The position numbers and the translations under genes are program-made. Below are positions 57,698-64,000 of a DNA stretch of 64,000 bases, in pieces (position 1 is the stretch's first letter; each line of letters opens with the position of its first letter). Source of the stretch: an uncultured Bdellovibrionales bacterium (GTDB lineage: Bacteria > Patescibacteriota > Minisyncoccia > Moranbacterales > DUUL01); contig CAYQVD010000004.1 in NCBI GenBank assembly GCA_964421125.1, positions 930 to 64,929 on the forward strand, given 5' to 3'. The notes under the pieces were generated by a model. It did no database searches. It was not told where the DNA came from and saw only the letters and a program-made list of their open reading frames with translations.

Positions 57698-58825
57698 ATG
57701 GATAAATTTTTTAATAAAATTTTCAATAAGCCATCAAGTAAGATTGAGAAAGAAAAAGAAGAGGAGTTAAAGCTCAATCTTCTTATCTTTGATGATTCAG
57801 ATGATCAGGAGTATGCTTTTCATTTAGATTTTCAATTCAATGATAATGATGATTTTAAGACAAAGGCTGAAGTGGCAAGTAATGTTGATGAAATAATAAA
57901 AAAAGCGGAACAGGAGGAGTTAGATATTATTTTTATTTCAAATCCGGATTCGATAAATGAAAACTTGTTTAAGGGAATTGTAAAAATGAGAAATGATGTG
58001 AACGTGAAAAAGCAACCAATCGTTTTTATTATGACTAGTGATAAAAATAGAAGTGAAGTGGAGAGAATACAAAAGTATGCTACAGATATAATTGAATTGC
58101 CTCCATATATAAATCTTGAAAAACTTCCTAGTCAAATTAATTCTGTTCCAGGACTACTTGGATGGGTTGATGATGAATATGGTGAAAAGATGACAAGGAA
58201 TAAGATTTCTTTTTATAAGGAATATAAGGACAAGTTGATGGAGCGATCTGATTTTACAGCGGATACAGAAAAAGAGTTGGAAATTTTAGAAGAAATTTTT
58301 GAAAAAAATAATGTTAAAAAAGTTTTAGATGCTGGTGGTGGGGAAGGGAGAATTGCCGTTCCTCTAAGTGAGAATGATTATGAAGTAGTGAACATTGATT
58401 CTTCACAAAAACTTATTGAAAAGATGAATGAATCTCAAAGTGAAGTGATTGGAACGGTTGGTGATTTGAAAAAAATACCAATAGAAGCCGAAAGCCAAGA
58501 CGCGGTTACTTATAACTGGCATGTTTTTTGTGATATTCTGGGAAACAAAGGGAAGGAGGAAACGTTAGATGAAGCTCATCGTGTGCTTAAGAGTGGAGGT
58601 GTTATTGTTCTTGATATTCCAAATAGAGAAGGAGGGTCTTATGAGAAAGATGGGGTTTATGTTCAAAATCCTGGTGGAGAAAATATTTTCATTGGATATA
58701 CTCCAGGGGAAGATGAGATGAAAAAATATTTAGAAAATTCAAAATTTCAAGATATAGAAATTAAAAAATGGGAAACCAAAACTGGTTTCAAAAAAATTAC
58801 CTTTATCGCGAAAAAGATAGATTAA
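57698..58825 (+). CDS. Class I SAM methyltransferase with N-terminal receiver-like region
   Basis: VLDAGGGEGR, HRVLKSGG; N-terminal LLIFDD...LDIIFI...IVFIMTS. Confidence 0.8.
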   Translation: MDKFFNKIFNKPSSKIEKEKEEELKLNLLIFDDSDDQEYAFHLDFQFNDNDDFKTKAEVASNVDEIIKKAEQEELDIIFISNPDSINENLFKGIVKMRNDVNVKKQPIVFIMTSDKNRSEVERIQKYATDIIELPPYINLEKLPSQINSVPGLLGWVDDEYGEKMTRNKISFYKEYKDKLMERSDFTADTEKELEILEEIFEKNNVKKVLDAGGGEGRIAVPLSENDYEVVNIDSSQKLIEKMNESQSEVIGTVGDLKKIPIEAESQDAVTYNWHVFCDILGNKGKEETLDEAHRVLKSGGVIVLDIPNREGGSYEKDGVYVQNPGGENIFIGYTPGEDEMKKYLENSKFQDIEIKKWETKTGFKKITFIAKKID

Positions 58826-58963
58826 AATTAAAATTTTATTTGCACAAAAAGTTTTTGTTTAGATCTATGAGAGATTGACAAAACGATTTAGATGGTATAT
58901 AATAGATGTATTAAGTTTTGGGTGATTCGAATTTTTTCGGGTCGCCTTTTCGTTTGAAAAAAC

Positions 58964-59992
58964 ATGAAAATAAATAAAAATAAAAATTTAATAGCCTGTT
59001 TACTGGTAGTTTCTGGATTTCTATTCGGAAGTGTTTTTATTGCATCTGCGGCTTCTACTGATCTAATTGAAGATGGAATAATTAAGTTAGTAAATGAAGA
59101 GCGTGAAAACGAGGGACTTTCTGCTCTTGTAGAAAATGAACTTTTAAATGAGGCTGCAAAAATGAAAGCTCAGGATATTTTAGGAAATGATTACTTTGCT
59201 CACACTTCTCCTTCTGGAGTAGATCCATGGTATTGGTTTGAAGAAGTTGATTATGGGTATAAATATGCTGGAGAAAATCTTGCAATGGATTTTACAAGTG
59301 CTTCTTCTGTTCATAAAGCTTGGATGAAAAGCGAAACTCACAAAGAAAATATTATGTCTCCTAAATATCAAGAAATTGGAGTTATCGTGATGGATGGAAT
59401 TATTGATAAACATGAAACAAGAATTGCTGTTCAAATGTTTGGAGCGAAAATGGATGAGTCCGTTGGAATGAAAGAAATTTTTTCTGAAGAGGAATCTTCT
59501 ATTGAAATAATCGAAGTATCTGTTTCTCCTTGGCAAGCAAACGGGAAGGATGAAATGTTAGCTTTTGCTGAAATAGAAGGGGAGCCTGATAAAGTTGAGG
59601 CAATTATTGGAGATGATTATTACGAATTGGAAAAATTGCGAGAAGGAGTTTATATGAATTTAATTTATTTCGAAGAAGAAGATATAAAGGGACGAAAGAT
59701 TGCTATTAAAGCAACAGATAGTGATCAAAAGAGTGTTTCCAGGGAGGTTCCGAATTTTTTCCTTGATGATTATTTAGCTACGAAAAAAGAAAAAGGAGAT
59801 AATCAGGAAATGGTTGCATTAGCTGGAATTAATAGTAATGATGATGGGATTTTTGGAGGAATGTTTTCTAGTCAAAATAATATAATGTTGTTAGTGATGG
59901 GAATATTTATTCTTACAATTTTCAATGTCTGGTTCCTGGAAAAAGAAGAAGAGCGATTGCTGAGTTTCAAAGTGATGGAAGCGGTAAATTAA
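58964..59992 (+). CDS. CAP (SCP) domain surface protein
   Basis: VNEER...GL..L, YFAHTSP, AGENLA, WM.S.THK.NI; TM segments at both ends. Confidence 0.9.
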   Translation: MKINKNKNLIACLLVVSGFLFGSVFIASAASTDLIEDGIIKLVNEERENEGLSALVENELLNEAAKMKAQDILGNDYFAHTSPSGVDPWYWFEEVDYGYKYAGENLAMDFTSASSVHKAWMKSETHKENIMSPKYQEIGVIVMDGIIDKHETRIAVQMFGAKMDESVGMKEIFSEEESSIEIIEVSVSPWQANGKDEMLAFAEIEGEPDKVEAIIGDDYYELEKLREGVYMNLIYFEEEDIKGRKIAIKATDSDQKSVSREVPNFFLDDYLATKKEKGDNQEMVALAGINSNDDGIFGGMFSSQNNIMLLVMGIFILTIFNVWFLEKEEERLLSFKVMEAVN

Positions 59993-60031
59993 ATTTAGTT
60001 TGTATAATTAATTAAATAATAAAACAAAAAA

Positions 60032-60673
60032 ATGAGTGAATCATTGGAGATTAAAAATGGGGTAGAGGATTACGAGGAAAGCAAAAAAGATTTACTAAAG
60101 AAGGATAGTGATCCAGATTTGGATTATTTAGCAAGTTCTTTTTCTGGCTTAGTTGAGAAAAAAGAGCTTGAAGAAATGTTGAATTCTACTGGTGACTTAG
60201 AGATAAGAAAAGACTTAAAAGATGATTTAGAAAAATTTAAAGAGATTATCAGAAGTTTAAAGGAAGATAATAAGGGAGAGAAAGCTGTTCTTGAATTTAT
60301 TAATAGTCCAGAAAAAATGAAAAATTTTCATGAGGGCTATTGTTCTATGGAAATTAATGGTACCTGGTTTAATCTTTATGTAAGTGGTGAGAAAACATTA
60401 AAACTTGGGATTAGAACGGATGCTTTTGTGGGAAATAGAGATGATAATCCTGAGCTAGGAACGGGTCATAATAATGCAGGATTTGGATTTTTAGAAATAA
60501 AAATTAAGGATGATGAGGTAGATAAAATTATTGAGGCAATTGAAGAAAGTGCTCATTTTAAATATGATGATCATAGCACTCACACAAAGGAATACGATGT
60601 GGTCTATGAGCAACAATCAAGAGCATGCGATGCTATAGATATGATTAAGGGGATTACCTATGAAACAGAATAA
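60032..60673 (+). CDS. Hypothetical protein
   Basis: 213-aa acidic ORF. Confidence 0.65.
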   Translation: MSESLEIKNGVEDYEESKKDLLKKDSDPDLDYLASSFSGLVEKKELEEMLNSTGDLEIRKDLKDDLEKFKEIIRSLKEDNKGEKAVLEFINSPEKMKNFHEGYCSMEINGTWFNLYVSGEKTLKLGIRTDAFVGNRDDNPELGTGHNNAGFGFLEIKIKDDEVDKIIEAIEESAHFKYDDHSTHTKEYDVVYEQQSRACDAIDMIKGITYETE

Positions 60674-61100
60674 TTATAATTCAATGGAAGCGGGATTAAC
60701 CTAGTTATTAAGATTAATTAATATAAAAACAAAAATAGTACCTTAAAACAAAAATACAACCAAACAAACCTGACCTTTATAGGTCTTGAAATTAAAACAA
60801 GATATCAATTTTGTTTAACATTAAGAGCAGAAATCTCTGTTCTTGTTCCGAAGATTTATTCTTTAGAACAAAAACCATTTACTATAAACTTCCCATTCAG
60901 GGGAGTTTTTAGTTATTTTAAAAGCTTGACATGGGATTCAATATATGCTATTCTTTTCTATTATCTCAATTCGTGAGATAATTTTTATTTCTCATTTATT
61001 GAGAAATAAATCTGTCTAGGAAGCTACTTTATTATTTTCTAAAAGTCAGAAGTAGTGTGTAGACAGGTCTCCTTGGAGACATAATACCTTAACATTTTTA

Positions 61101-61655
61101 ATGAAATTAGTTAGTACCCTGATAATCGCAAGATTATTGATAATAATTGCTTTCCCGGCATTTGCCATGGAAAGCGATTCAATGAAGACACTAACTGAAA
61201 CAAAAATTAAAAATCAAGAGATTATTGAAGTTTTTGAAAAAGATAGATTAGTTACTTTTTCTGATAGCATTTTGAAAAATCAACCGAATCCATCTCAAGA
61301 AAACCTTTCTGTTTTTAACACTAAGGTTAAGGGATATTCTTCTACTAAAACTGTCAGTGAGGCGGTTTATGGAAAGAAAATGGACATATTGGTTACTGGG
61401 TATTCATCTACGCCAGATCAATGTTGGGGAAACCCATTCATTACAGCCAGTGGTGCACGTGTTCACGTGGGAACCATGGCTTGCCCTCGAGAGTATGCTT
61501 TTGGGACAAAAATCGAAATTGACGGAATGGGAACTTATAGTTGTGAAGATCGTGGGGGAGCGATCAAGGGAAATCATTTCGACATGTGGTTTGAGTCTCG
61601 AGGAGAAGCTCTTCAATGGGGAAAGAGAACGGTTGAAGCTAGAATTATTCAATAA
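61101..61655 (+). CDS. 3D-domain (cell-wall lytic transglycosylase-like) protein
   Basis: TGYSST..Q....P.ITASG, FGTKI.I, CEDRGGAIKGNHFDMWF..A..WG.R. Confidence 0.88.
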   Translation: MKLVSTLIIARLLIIIAFPAFAMESDSMKTLTETKIKNQEIIEVFEKDRLVTFSDSILKNQPNPSQENLSVFNTKVKGYSSTKTVSEAVYGKKMDILVTGYSSTPDQCWGNPFITASGARVHVGTMACPREYAFGTKIEIDGMGTYSCEDRGGAIKGNHFDMWFESRGEALQWGKRTVEARIIQ

Positions 61656-61663
61656 ATTAGTTA

Positions 61664-61824
61664 AGAGCCTGTTAAGAAAATCTTTTTTCTTATGCAATTT
61701 CCAAATTTAAGCTACAAGAAATTCATCACTCGTCAATATATCACCGATATATTTCCTCGTGCTTCATTCCTTTCACTTTAAATTTGAAAATTTCGTAACG
61801 AAAAAGATTTTCTTAACAGGCTCT
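61664..61824. mobile_element. MITE-like 161-bp palindromic element
   Basis: 24-bp perfect terminal inverted repeats AGAGCCTGTTAAGAAAATCTTTTT / AAAAAGATTTTCTTAACAGGCTCT; pairing continues internally. Confidence 0.65.
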
Positions 61825-61952
61825 GGGAAAACCAGGCATTTCGCCCGGTTTTCTTTTTGAACTAGATTGACTTCGAACAATCTTGTTGTTATTATTCAAA
61901 AGTAGTTTTGGGTTAGCTTAATAGAGATGTTGTTTGTGTTAGCTGAATTATT

Positions 61953-62023
61953 GGTCGCGTGGCCGAGCGGTTAGGCAAGGGTTTGCAAAACCCTGTACTC
62001 CGGTTCAAATCCGGACGCGACCT
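61953..62023 (+). tRNA. tRNA-Cys(GCA)
   Basis: GGTCGCGTGGCCGAGCGGTTAGGCAAGGGTTT-GCA-AAACCCTGTACTCCGGTTCAAATCCGGACGCGACCT. Confidence 0.93.
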
Positions 62024-62067
62024 CAAGTCAAGTTAATTGTAAAATGTGGAATGTAAGTTGTTATCAC

Positions 62068-62151
62068 GCCCGGGTGCTGGAATTGGTAGACAGTCTGGAC
62101 TTAAAATCCAGTGATCGTAAGGTCGTGCGGGTTCAAGTCCCGCCCCGGGCA
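62068..62151 (+). tRNA. tRNA-Leu(TAA), intron-free
   Basis: GCCCGGGTGCTGGAATTGGTAGACAGTCTGGACT-TAA-AATCCAG, long variable arm, GTTCAAGTC. Confidence 0.93.
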
Positions 62152-62228
62152 CATAATTAAAACAGGCGATTTGCGCCTGTTTTTTGTTATTTTCTTAGAT
62201 TCTATTCCAAATCTTAATTAAATAAAAA

Positions 62229-62822
62229 TTAATTTAAGATTTTTTCTTTCTCAATCAATTTCAGAACTCTAGGAATTTTTTTGAAATCCTTTAGTAGAGT
62301 TTCACGGAGATTACCGTTGTAAAGGGCGGCAGCGGGGTGATAGCAAGGGAAGAAGACAATTTTTTTGAGTGGAGGAAAAGGTTTTCGGAAAGCTCGGCCG
62401 TGAGCTTCGGAAATTCTTGCATTAGGTAGAAATATTTCAAGACTGTGGCGTCCAAGTGGAATGATTATTTTTGGTTGGATTATTTCTAGTTGTTTTTCAA
62501 GCCAAGGCCAACAAGCTTCTTTTTCTTTTGGGAGTGGATCACGATTATTAGGGGGACGACATTTTACGGTGTTAGCGATATAAATGTCTTCACGTTTAAG
62601 ATTAATTGAGGCGATTAATTCATCAAGAAATTTTCCAGCTGCACCAACAAAAGGGTGTCCAGTTTCATCTTCTTTTTTGCCAGGTCCTTCACCAATAAAC
62701 ATAATTTCAGCTGAAGCAGACCCTTCTCCTGGGACAACTTGATTGCAAGTTTTTCTTAAATCACATTGATTGCAAGTGGCCATTTGTTTGTTTAATTTTT
62801 CGAGTTGTTCTTTTTTGGTCAT
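62229..62822 (-). CDS. Uracil-DNA glycosylase family 4
   Basis: C..C.L, FIGEGPG..ED..G.PFVG.AG, VKCRPP.NR.P, YHPAAAL. Confidence 0.93.
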   Translation of the reverse strand: MTKKEQLEKLNKQMATCNQCDLRKTCNQVVPGEGSASAEIMFIGEGPGKKEDETGHPFVGAAGKFLDELIASINLKREDIYIANTVKCRPPNNRDPLPKEKEACWPWLEKQLEIIQPKIIIPLGRHSLEIFLPNARISEAHGRAFRKPFPPLKKIVFFPCYHPAAALYNGNLRETLLKDFKKIPRVLKLIEKEKILN

Positions 62823-62884
62823 AATTATTACAATTTTATAATTTTTAATTTTATAAATAAATCTAAAATCTAAATTTTTAAATA

Positions 62885-63388
62885 TTAACTAAGATCGTCT
62901 ACTCTAATTAAACTAAATTTATTATTACTTGTTTCCCACACCGCAAAAGTTGGTAAGTAAATTTCTCCAGCAAGAGTTCCGGGGTTGAGCATTTTGCATT
63001 TTCCAAAATGTTGTTCCCACGGTTGATGAGTATGCCCATAGAAAACAAAAGAATATTTTCCGCTTTTAGCGAGTTTTCTGGCAATTTCAGGGAAGTGAAC
63101 GAATGCAATCTTTTTACCATCAATTTCAGTTTCACCAAACTTTTTATAAATAAAAGTATTTTTATATTTTTTTTGTGATTCAAGATTTCGCAAGTCGTCA
63201 TAGTCGGCATTACCAAAAGTGTAGTGAATGTCACCGGAAAAATTGTCATTCATAACATCCATCATTTCGAGTGATGCCATGTCTCCACAATGAATGATTG
63301 TTTCAATTTTTTCTTCCTTGCAGTAATTTAAAAATTTTCTAAGATTTTTTTCATTGCCGTGAGAATCAGATATAATTGCTATTTTCAT
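62885..63388 (-). CDS. YfcE-like metallophosphoesterase
   Basis: ISDSHGN, HCGD, GNAD, YGHTH, NPG. Confidence 0.9.
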   Translation of the reverse strand: MKIAIISDSHGNEKNLRKFLNYCKEEKIETIIHCGDMASLEMMDVMNDNFSGDIHYTFGNADYDDLRNLESQKKYKNTFIYKKFGETEIDGKKIAFVHFPEIARKLAKSGKYSFVFYGHTHQPWEQHFGKCKMLNPGTLAGEIYLPTFAVWETSNNKFSLIRVDDLS

Positions 63389-63394
63389 TGAGGT

Positions 63395-64000
63395 TTATGA
63401 TTTCTTACTTTGTTTCCATAGAATTTTAAAAATATTTTTCATCATTTCACTGTGTTCCGGGCTTTCAATTAAAAGTCCGAAATTTTCTTTTTCTGATGAT
63501 ATGTAGAATGTATTGTTATCATATATTATAAATGATTGGGAAAAATTAGCATCATTTTTGTTAGTATAGCGTAATTTTCGGAGTTGTTTATTATGTTTTG
63601 AAAAAACTTTATCTTCTTGGCTTGTTTGCGAACTTAGTCGGATGGTTTTAGTTTCAATTTTTTGATTAATTCTTTTAGAAACATAATCTTTAACAAAATC
63701 TATTCCCAGAATATTATAGAACTTCTTACTTGCCACAACTGCTAAAATTTCTTTTTTTTGGCATTTTAAAGAATCTAGTAATATATTTCTAATCCCTTCT
63801 TTATCGTCAATAAATTTTATATTTGGGACACTTTCACTTTTATTATTAAGTGCGTTTATTTCAGGAATGGCCATTTTTAAATATTTCTTTTTTTTGTCAA
63901 TATTTCTTTTTTGTCGTTCAAGAAACTTTTCAAGATTTTCCGGTTCTTCCATGACAAAGCGTTGATTGTATTTGCTTCCTGCGGTATGAACTAGCCCCTT
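63395..64000 (-). CDS. TrmB-family regulator, 5' end outside the window
   Basis: EEPENL...PNIKFID..EG, RI.Q.I, IYDN..F.IS...FGLLIES C-terminal domain as in the paralogs. Confidence 0.8.
   Translation of the reverse strand, partial: KGLVHTAGSKYNQRFVMEEPENLEKFLERQKRNIDKKKKYLKMAIPEINALNNKSESVPNIKFIDDKEGIRNILLDSLKCQKKEILAVVASKKFYNILGIDFVKDYVSKRINQKIETKTIRLSSQTSQEDKVFSKHNKQLRKLRYTNKNDANFSQSFIIYDNNTFYISSEKENFGLLIESPEHSEMMKNIFKILWKQSKKS

Noticed and set aside
62068-62151. Group I intron in tRNA-Leu(UAA)
   Set aside because: The anticodon loop is contiguous; no intron.

Overview
AT-rich chromosomal segment of a Patescibacteria (CPR, Parcubacteria-like) bacterium read with the standard bacterial code. 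It spans the replication origin: eight perfect parS sites, dnaA, an oriC with DnaA boxes and DnaA-trios, dnaN and dciA, with gene orientation and base skew switching around 10-13 kb. It also holds the CPR PrgI/VirB4/VirB6-like secretion cluster, surface-glycan genes, housekeeping genes (rarA, cca, metG, tatD, infB, xerC, comM, uracil-DNA glycosylase) and eight tRNA genes. One of these, tRNA-Phe(GAA), is split by a 238-nt group I intron. The most unusual signal is a dispersed, repeated module: a TrmB/Lrp-type regulator lies divergent from a promoter that drives orphan genes. These genes have a conserved 5' hairpin, an rrn-boxA-like motif and a strong Shine-Dalgarno sequence, which the housekeeping genes inspected here lack. 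In multi-gene units they are separated by a ~110-nt two-hairpin repeat. A second unexplained structured element, with covarying long stems around a conserved core, occurs three times near infB. All protein calls come from recognising motifs by eye; no database search was run.
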